Shown piece after piece: positions 45,355-54,436 of a DNA stretch of 64,000 nucleotides. Each line of letters starts with the position of its first letter. Within the stretch, counting starts at the first letter, position 1. Source of the stretch: a virus; IMG/VR virus record IMGVR_UViG_3300032893_000006, positions 1 to 64,000 of that record. The stretch is one strand, 5' to 3'. Position numbers and translations under genes: made by a program. Below the pieces are notes generated by a model. It was not told the DNA's origin and ran no database searches. It saw nothing but the letters and a program-made list of their open reading frames with translations.

Positions 45355-45773
45355 AAGCGCAAGTATTTCCGATGGTGAATCCCGATGAGCAAGCGCGACG
45401 GAAGTTTGCGTCGCACGTCCAGAACGTCGCTTTCAACCTTACGCTCAGTCGAAGAATGATTGATCTTCTACAGGTCGTGCGGGACTACGGATTTCCATAT
45501 TACGTTGTAGGTTCTAAACAACAGCGAGAAGAATACGACCGCTTCAAAAGCGTGTGTGAGTACCAAAACGGCGCACACCAGTACATCAACATGGTTAACG
45601 CACTGGAGCGTCGCGGCCTCGTGATCCTCAAGCCGTTCACCAAGAAAACGAAAATCGGCGATAGGAATATTGTCCTGAGTCGTGCTGGTGAAATCGTTTG
45701 CGACATGCTTGTTGAATCGGGGCTGATGCCTTGCCGCAATGAAGCACAAACCAAAGCAGCGGGGTCCCGATGA
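45351..45773 (+). CDS. Hypothetical winged-helix-like protein
   Basis: VNALERRGLV, LS.AGE. Confidence 0.5.
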   Translation: MKAQVFPMVNPDEQARRKFASHVQNVAFNLTLSRRMIDLLQVVRDYGFPYYVVGSKQQREEYDRFKSVCEYQNGAHQYINMVNALERRGLVILKPFTKKTKIGDRNIVLSRAGEIVCDMLVESGLMPCRNEAQTKAAGSR

Positions 45774-46018
45774 GATTCGCCCGTCCCCGCAAGAGCGCCG
45801 TGCTGACGTACCTCAACGAGCAAAAGCAGAAGAAGTACGATGAGGAGCATTACAAGGACTGGCCTGCGGTCACCGGCAATGAGATCGGGAATAACTTCCG
45901 TTGTCTCTTCTGTGGCGCACCACCCGGAAAGCAGTGCATGAGAGCCGATGCAACTTTCAGAAACTACCCGCACCAGAAACGACGCGATATGGCCGCGGCC
46001 TATGAGGAGTTAAAATGA
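45770..46018 (+). CDS. Small zinc-finger protein
   Basis: CLFCGAPPGKQC...H..R. Confidence 0.6.
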   Translation: MRFARPRKSAVLTYLNEQKQKKYDEEHYKDWPAVTGNEIGNNFRCLFCGAPPGKQCMRADATFRNYPHQKRRDMAAAYEELK

Positions 46019-46395
46019 CACCGCGACAGCTTGAAATTCTTCAACACACGCTCGGCTGCGACAAGTACGGCCAGAACGCGCACCGGTATGTCCCCGCTCA
46101 CCCAGACTACTTTCCCTATCACCGCAATCACTTCTGCGCAGGCGCGTCCGATGAACCCGATTGTCGAGCCCTTGTCGAAATGGGCTTTATGCAACAGCAC
46201 CAGACGACGCAGTGGTTGCCCTACTTCAACTGCTCGGCGACCGAAGCTGGAATCAAAGCGATGCGCGAAGCGTCGCCTAAGCCACCACGCCTGACCAGAT
46301 CGCAAAAACGGTATCAGGATTTCCTCGACTGGGCTGATGCAACGAACGGCAACTTTCGGCAGTTTCTCCAGCAGATCAAGGAGCAGCGGCGATGA
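46015..46395 (+). CDS. Conserved phage hypothetical protein
   Basis: LQHTLG, RNHFCAG, LVEMGFM. Confidence 0.6.
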   Translation: MTPRQLEILQHTLGCDKYGQNAHRYVPAHPDYFPYHRNHFCAGASDEPDCRALVEMGFMQQHQTTQWLPYFNCSATEAGIKAMREASPKPPRLTRSQKRYQDFLDWADATNGNFRQFLQQIKEQRR

Positions 46396-46817
46396 AGGGA
46401 CACATTCACATTTGCTCCTTCTCGACCGGCATCGACGAGATGAGGCGACAAGACCAGCGCGATCCTGCCAAGGTGCTGGCCGTGCTCAAAGAGAACCCAC
46501 GCTTCAGCGCCTTCGAAGCCAGCGCAAATCAGGGGATCGCACGCACCATGACGCTGCTTTTCGAGCGTGGACTCGTCAAAGACGTCGGCGGCGAATACCC
46601 ATGGACCATCGTCGAGATTCTCCCTGCAGGCGAAGAAGTTCTCGCCGGAGGCCCTATGCCACCGAAGCGTGATCCATTGGTCGATGCGGTTCGGATCAGC
46701 AAGCGTACCTACGTCAGCAAGGAAATCGCGATCAAGTACAACTTGCCCGAATACATCCCGACCGAGCGAGAAAAGAACTCGGAAATTATTCTGCCCGTAG
46801 GAAGGAAGCGCAAATGA
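46392..46817 (+). CDS. Hypothetical protein
   Basis: 141-aa coupled ORF. Confidence 0.55.
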   Translation: MKGHIHICSFSTGIDEMRRQDQRDPAKVLAVLKENPRFSAFEASANQGIARTMTLLFERGLVKDVGGEYPWTIVEILPAGEEVLAGGPMPPKRDPLVDAVRISKRTYVSKEIAIKYNLPEYIPTEREKNSEIILPVGRKRK

Positions 46818-47041
46818 TACGCCGAAGATGGACAGCCGCGCGAGAGAAAGGTCTGATCGACGCCCTCTGCATCGTTGCCAGAGCTTTTGTCGAACAGATG
46901 ACATGGTGGGGGCATATTCCGCTACTAGGTCTCATTGTGGTCAAACGACGCGACAAGCTTTTGCGGATCGAAAAATACCTTCAAAAACAGATAACTGAAA
47001 ATCACTACGCGAAGTATTTTCCGCAGGAAGACGACAAATGA
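46814..47041 (+). CDS. Hypothetical protein
   Basis: 75-aa coupled ORF. Confidence 0.45.
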   Translation: MIRRRWTAAREKGLIDALCIVARAFVEQMTWWGHIPLLGLIVVKRRDKLLRIEKYLQKQITENHYAKYFPQEDDK

Positions 47042-47219
47042 AACACACCAACGTGGAAGTCTTAGAGTTGATCGGACCGCTAGACGATTGGCCCAGTACA
47101 CGGTTCATCATTCGCAGCAAAGACGAGCCCGGAAACTAATTGCAGATGCTTGGATAAAGTTTAGAAGACAAAAAATGAGTGCAACAAGAATTGCGATCAT
47201 TCAACAGCAACGCAACTGA
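47038..47219 (+). CDS. Small protein, frameshifted at about 47094
   Basis: Adding one C to the CCC run joins MKHTNVEVLELIGPLDDWP to QYTVHHSQQRRARKLIADAW... Confidence 0.4.
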
Positions 47220-47238
47220 TTAGTATTGAGGTGTGTCG

Positions 47239-47391
47239 ATGAAAGACTTTGATCCCAACGAGTGGCACAAGGAGAACGACAGAAAAATAGAATCCAAGAT
47301 CAATGCGGTATGGTTGCTGACTGTTTGTTTGATCCTCCAGTTGTTGAAAATCGCAGTGATCCTTGCAATGCTGGCTAAATTTTATCGGTGA
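47239..47391 (+). CDS. 50-aa single-TM protein
   Basis: SD GAGGTG; hydrophobic C-half. Confidence 0.5.
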   Translation: MKDFDPNEWHKENDRKIESKINAVWLLTVCLILQLLKIAVILAMLAKFYR

Positions 47392-47403
47392 TGCGGAGGG
47401 GTT

Positions 47404-47766
47404 ATGACGGCTGAAGAGGAAGTAAGAGCCGCGTGGGTGAATGCTCATTATGACGGCCATCGCATCATCGCGGACCACTATCTATCTGGGGCGCATTGGA
47501 TTCTCTCGGGGAATATCAACTATCCATTTGACCGGTCAAACCACCAGAATGAGCAAACCGCGTGGAAAGCGGCTCTTGAATACACGCGCTCCCGGCTGGC
47601 GGAGATTGCGGAGTTGGATGAGGAGATGAGTCTGCTGGCTTATTTGGCATCTCGGTGTTCCGCTGAAAAGCCTGCGCAGGCGGCTAATCGTATCCATTCG
47701 CGCCTGCAATCCATTCGCGCCGATCTCACTCGCGGCATGAACCCCGCGCAATTCACCAGCAAGTAG
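47404..47766 (+). CDS. Hypothetical protein
   Basis: SD GGAGGGG. Confidence 0.6.
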   Translation: MTAEEEVRAAWVNAHYDGHRIIADHYLSGAHWILSGNINYPFDRSNHQNEQTAWKAALEYTRSRLAEIAELDEEMSLLAYLASRCSAEKPAQAANRIHSRLQSIRADLTRGMNPAQFTSK

Positions 47767-47782
47767 CCGGAGGAGAAGGAAG

Positions 47783-48172
47783 ATGGAGCAGTTAATTTTG
47801 CATCTGTTTGGCGACTACGTGACGCAATCGGACTGGATGGCGCAGAACAAGACTAAGCGGGATTTGCCAGCCTTTACTCACGCGCTCGTCTATGCGCTAC
47901 CGTTCTTTTTGCTTACCAGAGATTCGGTACGCGGACAGATCGCGTGGGCAACCATCTTCCTGACCCATTTTGTCATTGACCGCTATCGGCTGGCGCGATA
48001 CGTGGTCTGGGCGAAGGAATGGCTATCACCGACGCGACCGTTGCCGTGGAAGGATTGCACTGGCACAGGCTACGATCCAGCGAAACCTGCATGGCTTGCG
48101 GTGTGGCTGATGATTGCGGCGGACAACACCTTACATTTGGCAATCAACTACGCAGCAATTCGCTGGCTGTGA
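47783..48172 (+). CDS. DUF3307-like membrane protein
   Basis: HLFGDY..Q..WMA, H..VY, THF.ID, DN..H. Confidence 0.75.
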   Translation: MEQLILHLFGDYVTQSDWMAQNKTKRDLPAFTHALVYALPFFLLTRDSVRGQIAWATIFLTHFVIDRYRLARYVVWAKEWLSPTRPLPWKDCTGTGYDPAKPAWLAVWLMIAADNTLHLAINYAAIRWL

Positions 48173-48206
48173 GCAAGTAACCGTCAGGACGCGGAGGGAG
48201 TGGGGG

Positions 48207-49229
48207 ATGATTCATTTGCTTCAGATCGATGGCAAGATACCGAACATCGCGTTGATGCGTCTTGCCGCGCATTATCGGTCTCGGGGCGAAGAAGTGAAGT
48301 ATCACCGCGCGGATTCCTTGGAGAGCGTGAAGCGGTGGTGGTTCGGCGATACAGACAAGATTTATGCCAGCGTCATCTTCTCGCGGTCCATGCCTGTCAT
48401 TAAGGAGTTGCTAGATGGTCGGCCTGATGCAATTGTCGGCGGCACGGGATCGGACGCTCCGCCGCTGCAAATCAGCAGTCTTGAGGCTCATGGAGTGACC
48501 ACACTAGAACAGGACTACTCCATTTATCCCAAATACGACAAGAGTATCGGATTCACGCAGCGCGGGTGCAGGCTCCAGTGTTCTTTCTGTGTAGTCCCCC
48601 AAAAGGAAGGCCGGGTTCGCGGAGAACATACCGTGTCCGAAATTTGGAGGGGCGATCCATGGCCGCGCGAGCTAGTTTTGCTCGACAACGACTTCTTTGG
48701 CCAGTCCGAATGGAAGGCGCGGATACAAGAGATTAGAGATGGCAATTTCAAAGTCAGCTTCAATCAGGGCATCAACGCTCGCTGCCTTACAGATGAAGCT
48801 GCTGAGGCGATTGCATCTGTGCGCTATTACGACGATGACATGAAGACACGGCGCATCTACACCGCGTGGGACAGCAAGAAGGATGAAGACCGGCTGTTCG
48901 CAGGTCTTGAGCGGCTTGTGCGCTATGGCGTGAAGCCGGATCACATCATGGTCTACATGCTCATCGGCTACTGGCCGGGAGAAACCTCGGAGGATCGAGA
49001 ATATCGACGTCGAAGGTTGCGTGAGTTTGGAGCGCGTCCATTTCCGATGGCGTACATTGGGCCTGATACATCGCCAGACCTCGCGCTTGAGTTGCGCGGC
49101 TTCCAACGGTGGGTAATCCGCCGTGCAGATGTAGGCAAGAATCGCTGCTCGTGGGAAGAGTTCAAGGCCGCAAAGTATCGGCCAGAGCGAATTGGAATGA
49201 AGTTAACCGCACCCGTAGGTGCAGAGTAA
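48207..49229 (+). CDS. Radical SAM protein
   Basis: GCRLQCSFC (CxxxCxxC), VP.KEG, LDNDF, FNQG.NAR. Confidence 0.85.
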   Translation: MIHLLQIDGKIPNIALMRLAAHYRSRGEEVKYHRADSLESVKRWWFGDTDKIYASVIFSRSMPVIKELLDGRPDAIVGGTGSDAPPLQISSLEAHGVTTLEQDYSIYPKYDKSIGFTQRGCRLQCSFCVVPQKEGRVRGEHTVSEIWRGDPWPRELVLLDNDFFGQSEWKARIQEIRDGNFKVSFNQGINARCLTDEAAEAIASVRYYDDDMKTRRIYTAWDSKKDEDRLFAGLERLVRYGVKPDHIMVYMLIGYWPGETSEDREYRRRRLREFGARPFPMAYIGPDTSPDLALELRGFQRWVIRRADVGKNRCSWEEFKAAKYRPERIGMKLTAPVGAE

Positions 49230-49254
49230 GCAGGGGAGGGGAACGGTGGCAAAG
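49204..49254 (+). repeat. Intergenic repeat A, copy 1 (hairpin, SD and start)
   Basis: 46/51 identical to 50002-50052. Confidence 0.85.
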
Positions 49255-49491
49255 TTTAGGAAGAAGCCGGTTGTGATCGAGGCAATTCAGTACCTTGGCG
49301 ATGAAGCAACCTTAAACCAGATCATTGCAATGGGTTGTCCAAGAGTTGAGCGAGAGGATGATTGGGCAATTCCTACGCTTGAAGGGGAAATGTCTGTCTC
49401 CGTCGGCGACTGGATTATCAAGGGTGTGATGGGTGAGTTTTATCCGTGCAAGCCGGATATTTTCGCTGCGACTTATGAGCGTGCTGATTAG
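49246..49491 (+). CDS. Conserved small phage protein
   Basis: FRKKPVVIEAIQ, TLEG...GDWIIKG..GEFYPCKPDIF..TYE. Confidence 0.75.
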   Translation: MAKFRKKPVVIEAIQYLGDEATLNQIIAMGCPRVEREDDWAIPTLEGEMSVSVGDWIIKGVMGEFYPCKPDIFAATYERAD

Positions 49492-49521
49492 CCCCTTGGG
49501 GCGGCGAGGAGGATGGGGATG
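49488..49521 (+). repeat. Intergenic repeat B, copy 1
   Basis: Identical to 50343-50377 except for one C. Confidence 0.85.
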
Positions 49522-50004
49522 GAAGACGAAGACGGAATCATCATCAGCAAGATCGAAGTGAGCTTTGCTCGTCCAGTTGAGTTGACTCAGCGGGAGATGC
49601 GGACGATCCACGAGATAGTCAGCAATGCTGCGCGACGTACCGAGACGCCAGAGTTCGTTCATTGGGCATCTGGCACCGGATCAAAGCCCAACTGGAGCAA
49701 GACGGATTGCCAGATATTCGGGTTTGAGCCTACGAAGGATTCTCTGGAAAGCGGCGAGCCAACGTTCGATGATTCTGTCTACTTCATCGAAACCTCAACG
49801 CGGGAGCGCTACGACACCGAGCCGTTCAAGCCGTACCAGAAGCCGAAGACGCCAGCGGATCGATTCTGCGAATTGCTCGAAGCGATTGACCAGCGCTGCG
49901 CGGCGGCTGATGGCCCCGTCACGCCGACGATCCAAGAAGCGACCACCGATGAGCTGCGTCGGCTATACCTGTTCGCAGACCGCATCAGGAAATCAGCAAT
50001 CTAA
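49513..50004 (+). CDS. Hypothetical protein
   Basis: Flanked by repeats B and A. Confidence 0.6.
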   Translation: MGMEDEDGIIISKIEVSFARPVELTQREMRTIHEIVSNAARRTETPEFVHWASGTGSKPNWSKTDCQIFGFEPTKDSLESGEPTFDDSVYFIETSTRERYDTEPFKPYQKPKTPADRFCELLEAIDQRCAAADGPVTPTIQEATTDELRRLYLFADRIRKSAI

Positions 50005-50052
50005 CCGCACCCACGGGTGCAGAGTAAGGAGGGGAGGGGAACAGTGGCAAAG
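50002..50052 (+). repeat. Intergenic repeat A, copy 2
   Basis: See 49204-49254. Confidence 0.85.
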
Positions 50053-50346
50053 CAACCGATGGTTAAAGGTAATCTCTATTCCATTACATGGACTGTAACG
50101 CCACGTAGATTTTGCGAAACTTGTCGCAGTCGAACTTTAGGCGGATATACGGAGCGGAGCCGCGTGGTTGCTCTTTCGATGAAAGATGCCATAGAGGTTA
50201 CTCGACCTCACGGATATTATCCCGACGCCGAACCTCTCGAAGCAAGGCTCTTGATAGCTGACTTCGCGGTGATCGTTGCTCCAAAGGCTGCGTGGGACGT
50301 GGCTAACAATCAGCCTTACAAGGATGTTGACTTGGAGTCTATTTAG
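50044..50346 (+). CDS. Hypothetical protein
   Basis: GTG start within repeat A. Confidence 0.55.
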   Translation: MAKQPMVKGNLYSITWTVTPRRFCETCRSRTLGGYTERSRVVALSMKDAIEVTRPHGYYPDAEPLEARLLIADFAVIVAPKAAWDVANNQPYKDVDLESI

Positions 50347-50377
50347 CCCCCTTGGGGCGGCGAGGAGGATGGGGATG
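50343..50377 (+). repeat. Intergenic repeat B, copy 2
   Basis: See 49488-49521. Confidence 0.85.
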
Positions 50378-50581
50378 ACGGACAGGCAGTTTGTGAGGAA
50401 GGCGCATCCAGATGCCAGAGTGGATAAGTTTGTGTGCGTAGAAGGTTGCAGCCACTATCGAGTCGTGCGCCCCCAAAAAAATGGGCGATCAATAATTTTG
50501 GGCCTTTATGAGGACACGCCCAAGCTAGCATGGACTTCCGCAGCCAACCGCCTCTGGGCGCAGAAGGGAGAAGGACGGTGA
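50369..50581 (+). CDS. Hypothetical protein
   Basis: ATG within repeat B. Confidence 0.55.
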   Translation: MGMTDRQFVRKAHPDARVDKFVCVEGCSHYRVVRPQKNGRSIILGLYEDTPKLAWTSAANRLWAQKGEGR

Positions 50582-50742
50582 CTGAAATTTTGTGCGATCT
50601 TCGCCGAATTGAAATCCTATGCTTTTTCGTTGGAGCATTCAGCACCTTTCCGTTTTCTTTCATATTGGGCATGGCTTACGCGGAGTCTGAATTTTATAAG
50701 CGTCGCAAGAAAGCGCAACCACCCGAGAGGAGCAGCAGATGA
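50578..50742 (+). CDS. Single-TM peptide
   Basis: GTG start, hydrophobic core. Confidence 0.45.
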   Translation: MTEILCDLRRIEILCFFVGAFSTFPFSFILGMAYAESEFYKRRKKAQPPERSSR

Positions 50743-52007
50743 ACGAGAAGCAGAGACAGCACATGCGCGACAGATTCCTGAATTGGACGCTGCCGAGCAA
50801 CTTCAACCCTGACGGCGGCATAACCTTCGAGCGGTCTAAGAGCGCCGTCAAATTCAACCATCCTTGGCCAACGGGAACGAACGTCTTGGACGCTTGTCAG
50901 GCAGAAGAAATGGTCAAGTACATAGTCGAAGGACTGCCCGCCTGTGACGCCGTTCTCGCGCATGAGCGCAAAGCGAACGAGGGGCTGAAGATTGCCGCGA
51001 GGAATGCGCTTGAGGCGTTGCGTGATGTGCTGCAAGGAAATGACATTGCATTTGAACGCGATCAACCAATCACGTCATGGAACGGTAGCCAATTTCGTCG
51101 CCGTGGGTATGACTGTATTTATGAACTACAAGCCGCCCTCGCCGTGTCAGCGCAACCCGCCAGCGAATCACCGATCGACAGGACCGATGACTGGGAAGCG
51201 CGGCAGGATACGAAGCAACCCGCCAGCGGGGGAGAGATGCAGAGGCCAGAGATGTGCAGCACCACCACGGTCAACTACCCGGCTGTGGTTTCCGAACACA
51301 AACATCAATGGATCGAGCGCATCGATGAGGACGATAAGTTATGCAGGACGTGTGAAACCTGTCCCGCCATTGAGTACTACAATCCATCCTCTCAACCAGC
51401 CGCGCCCACCGAGCAGCCCTCCGGTGATGTGGTGGAGCGGATGCTGGATGAATACCATAATTGGCCCGATAGATCGTCGCACTACTGCGCACGTGAGCGC
51501 GAGCGCATGTCCGCCGCTCTCAAGGTCGCCCGTGAAGGGATGTACTCGCTTGAGGAAATCGAGAAGGCTATCGCCTCAACAATGCAAGAGCACTGCGAAC
51601 TAAACGGCTACGAGGACTTCGTTAAGTATGGTGTCCGCCAGCGCCTCACCCGCCCGGAGCCGACTCCCAACACTCTCATACAGACGCAGCGGCTCGGCCT
51701 TGATAAGTTAATCGACCAGCGCAATCGCATCGTTGCCACCGAGATTCCAGACCCGGCTTGCGACCACCTGCGCGATGAAGTTGTCTTGGCTTTCGACATT
51801 CTCACGCAAATCCTTGGTGAGCATTTTCCTCTGATGCAGGAAAGCGCTGGCCTACGCGCTGAGTTGAAGGAGACGAGTGCAAAAGAGAAGATCGAGGCAG
51901 TTCTTTTCAGAAATCGTGACATGCTCGGATTTAAGGGTCAGACTGGTGAATCTCAAATTGATTCACTGGCCGCTGATATCGTGGCCGAGTTGAAGGAGAA
52001 GGCATGA
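50739..52007 (+). CDS. Mosaic multi-module phage protein
   Basis: 422-aa ORF of short modules joined by QPAS/QPAA linkers. Confidence 0.6.
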   Translation: MNEKQRQHMRDRFLNWTLPSNFNPDGGITFERSKSAVKFNHPWPTGTNVLDACQAEEMVKYIVEGLPACDAVLAHERKANEGLKIAARNALEALRDVLQGNDIAFERDQPITSWNGSQFRRRGYDCIYELQAALAVSAQPASESPIDRTDDWEARQDTKQPASGGEMQRPEMCSTTTVNYPAVVSEHKHQWIERIDEDDKLCRTCETCPAIEYYNPSSQPAAPTEQPSGDVVERMLDEYHNWPDRSSHYCARERERMSAALKVAREGMYSLEEIEKAIASTMQEHCELNGYEDFVKYGVRQRLTRPEPTPNTLIQTQRLGLDKLIDQRNRIVATEIPDPACDHLRDEVVLAFDILTQILGEHFPLMQESAGLRAELKETSAKEKIEAVLFRNRDMLGFKGQTGESQIDSLAADIVAELKEKA

Positions 52008-52180
52008 AAGCACTGAAGATCGTACTCTGTGTTTTTTGTTCGATTGCTTCGTCTTTTGAATCAGCATGGAGCTTTGTGCGATATCCAGATACGTGGTGGG
52101 CATTGTCTGCTGGAATGTGCGGAATGATTCTTGCCTTCGTATTTGGCATGATGGCAATTAAGGAGGCAGGCCGTGAGTGA
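52004..52180 (+). CDS. 58-aa two-TM protein
   Basis: Coupled by ATGA; hydrophobic. Confidence 0.5.
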   Translation: MKALKIVLCVFCSIASSFESAWSFVRYPDTWWALSAGMCGMILAFVFGMMAIKEAGRE

Positions 52181-52517
52181 CGCGAAGGTAAATGAAAGTG
52201 TGGCTGCCGTAGACGAACTTTTGGAGGCGTTAGAGGAGGGCATAGCGTCACTGAGAGGCAAGAACCTTGAGCTTAGCATTCAGGTGAAATCCCTGACCGC
52301 CGAGCGAGACGCGCTGAAGGCAGACAATGACAAGTTGAATGACGCTCTCAATATCATCGGAGAAAAAGAGTTTGCCAATAGCGGCTACAACCTTCCGCAG
52401 ATGGTGCGCCTGATAGATCAGCTTGTGACTCTCCGAGCGCAGGTGGAGGCCAGCCCTTCTCGACAACCATCCAGCACGCCATTGCAATCTATGCAAGATA
52501 AACGAGCGCGTCACTAA
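52173..52517 (+). CDS. Coiled-coil hypothetical protein
   Basis: SD AAGGAGG, heptad pattern. Confidence 0.55.
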   Translation: MSDAKVNESVAAVDELLEALEEGIASLRGKNLELSIQVKSLTAERDALKADNDKLNDALNIIGEKEFANSGYNLPQMVRLIDQLVTLRAQVEASPSRQPSSTPLQSMQDKRARH

Positions 52518-52588
52518 AGAAGATTTTTATGCGCAGTTTGGGAAAATGCCGCATAAAATTACTTGGTAGTCCAATTGAGGAGAAAGAA

Positions 52589-52813
52589 ATGTCTCTGTAC
52601 CCGTTAGAACTAAAGCGTGGCAGCAAGATTCACTACGAGGGCCGGGAATACAAAGTCAATTTGATTGACGCATGGCACGACTCACTGGGATTCTTCCGGA
52701 ATAAAGTCGGAATCGAAACAACAACTGGAGTCTACCTTTTGGTGCCGGTGTCGTTCCCGCTTGAAACGGAAGCACCATATGTGCCGGTAGCAATGATTAA
52801 GCCAAGAGACTGA
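52589..52813 (+). CDS. Hypothetical protein
   Basis: SD GAGGAG. Confidence 0.5.
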   Translation: MSLYPLELKRGSKIHYEGREYKVNLIDAWHDSLGFFRNKVGIETTTGVYLLVPVSFPLETEAPYVPVAMIKPRD

Positions 52814-52822
52814 GGAGCTATA

Positions 52823-53140
52823 GTGGAAGACCTCAAACCATGCCCATGGTGCGGCGAAGACCCGCAGTACATGGAACACGCGGCGAGCGGAGAGGCTTCT
52901 CTTGGCTGCATAAATAGCGCCTGCAAGTTCGAGCCAATGTGGGCATTCAAGATCGAACTTTCTCCTGAGTTTATCGCTGCTTGGAACAAGCGCGCCGACG
53001 ATGTAGCGTACCGCGAACTCGCGAAACTTTGCCGTAAACTCCTCTCAACCAAAACTATTCCAGAACTCGATAGCATCATTCTCGATGCGCGCATATTACT
53101 TAATCAGTTCAAGGAGAGAAATACACTATGGCCAGATTGA
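52823..53140 (+). CDS. Lar-like (restriction-alleviation-type) Zn-finger protein
   Basis: LKPCPWCG ... C....C ... AAWNKRA. Confidence 0.65.
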   Translation: MEDLKPCPWCGEDPQYMEHAASGEASLGCINSACKFEPMWAFKIELSPEFIAAWNKRADDVAYRELAKLCRKLLSTKTIPELDSIILDARILLNQFKERNTLWPD

Positions 53141-53382
53141 GAGACCTCGTCCAAGAAATGGACCGCGATGGCTACTCGCTTAATGAAGTGTTAGCTGCGA
53201 TTCGTCGAGAATGGTTCGTAATGGAACTACAAAAATACACTGGAAATCAGTGTCTTGTAGCTGCAAGACTCGGTATTCATCGGAACACCGTTAACAGAAA
53301 TCTTAGAAAATATTCCGTCGATCCAAAAATTGGCCGTGGACGTCAAACGAAATTTATGTACCAGAAAGGAACGGAGAAATGA
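53128..53382 (+). CDS. Fis-like HTH protein
   Basis: LQKYTGNQCLVAARLGIHRNTV. Confidence 0.75.
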   Translation: MARLRDLVQEMDRDGYSLNEVLAAIRREWFVMELQKYTGNQCLVAARLGIHRNTVNRNLRKYSVDPKIGRGRQTKFMYQKGTEK

Positions 53383-53651
53383 AAGGCACAGTGCAGTTCT
53401 TCAACAACAGCAAGGGATGGGGATTTATCAAGCGGGAAAATGAGGCTGACTTGTTTGTTCACTATACGGGCATCAAGTCGGAAGGCTATAAGACACTCAA
53501 CGAAGGTGACGTCGTAGAGTTCGATGTAGCACGCGGCCAGAAAGGTGAGCAGGCCGAAAACGTCACCGTCATCACCAAAGCTCAAATAAAGCCGGTTCAC
53601 CGGCACGCAAAGGCATCAAATGCGTCCGAAGCGTCTGATTCTGGTAATTGA
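53379..53651 (+). CDS. Cold-shock domain protein (CspA family)
   Basis: MKGTVQFFN..KGWGFI, DLFVHY..I..EGYKTL.EGD.VEF. Confidence 0.92.
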   Translation: MKGTVQFFNNSKGWGFIKRENEADLFVHYTGIKSEGYKTLNEGDVVEFDVARGQKGEQAENVTVITKAQIKPVHRHAKASNASEASDSGN

Positions 53652-53973
53652 AGCGAACGAAACGGCTCTTTCTACGTTGTTGTTGGCGATTTCGATCAAC
53701 GGATTTAGAGTAATTGGCGTCTGCGATAAAGATCAGGCGCTTAAAGCTCTATCCGAAAACGAGATCGACGCAGTGTTTATGCGTACACCGGTGGCTTGCT
53801 GGTTTGATGTACCGGTTGTCGTCTGCGACAGCATATCGCGCGCTATAGTACGGCTCCGCATAGCTACATGGGGAGCACCAAGGAAAAACAAATCGGATGC
53901 GAACTCCAGAGGAAAAACGAGCGCAGGTGAAAAAATCTCTGCAGAAGCGCAAGCAGAGGTTAAAAAAGGCTAA
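53620..53973 (+). CDS. Degenerate response-regulator receiver-like protein
   Basis: MRPKRLILVIEANE..L...GFRV...AL; acidic-pocket and phospho-Asp residues appear replaced. Confidence 0.5.
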   Translation: MRPKRLILVIEANETALSTLLLAISINGFRVIGVCDKDQALKALSENEIDAVFMRTPVACWFDVPVVVCDSISRAIVRLRIATWGAPRKNKSDANSRGKTSAGEKISAEAQAEVKKG

Positions 53974-54094
53974 TCTTTGCCAAGATTGTGGAAAAATGGA
54001 CCGTAAAGACGACAAGACCTTATGTCTATTCTGTCTCAACGCACGGCGGCGACGGCGCGCCACGGCAAAAATCGAGAAAGATGCTTACCCCTAA
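53897..54094 (+). CDS. Small basic Zn-finger protein
   Basis: LCQDCGK...TLCLFC. Confidence 0.55.
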   Translation: MRTPEEKRAQVKKSLQKRKQRLKKANLCQDCGKMDRKDDKTLCLFCLNARRRRRATAKIEKDAYP

Positions 54095-54098
54095 CCGC

Positions 54099-54126
54099 TT
54101 GACATTCAACAGAAACGCGTTATCGT
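54099..54126 (+). promoter_or_regulatory. Candidate sigma70 promoter
   Basis: TTGACA-N16-TATCGT upstream of the HTH gene. Confidence 0.4.
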
Positions 54127-54161
54127 AAGGCGCAGAGATGGATAAAATGGGAGGGCGATAA

Positions 54162-54401
54162 ATGCCGCGAAGAAAGCCGACACCTGAGGACCTTGATCGT
54201 CGCCAAGCGCGAGCGGAGGAAATGAAAGCTTTCATGGCTGACAATAATTTTACTGAGGTAAAATTAGCCGATGTTCTCGGCGTTTCGCGAAGAACTGTTC
54301 AAATGATGAAAGCTGGAAGGGTCACGCCATCGACAGAAACAATTCGAAAATGGGAGTCGCTTTTGAAGCAATACGGACTCAAGCCCACGCTGCCGCTGTA
54401 A
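54162..54401 (+). CDS. XRE-family HTH regulator
   Basis: FT...LADVLGVSRRTVQMM.AG..TPS. Confidence 0.8.
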   Translation: MPRRKPTPEDLDRRQARAEEMKAFMADNNFTEVKLADVLGVSRRTVQMMKAGRVTPSTETIRKWESLLKQYGLKPTLPL

Positions 54402-54436
54402 ATGATGTAATCTAGGAAATCATCAGGAGGAGATTT

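Noticed and set aside
49204-50377. CRISPR array
   Set aside because: Two different repeat types, each present twice, separated by protein-coding genes of 200-500 bp; no cas genes.
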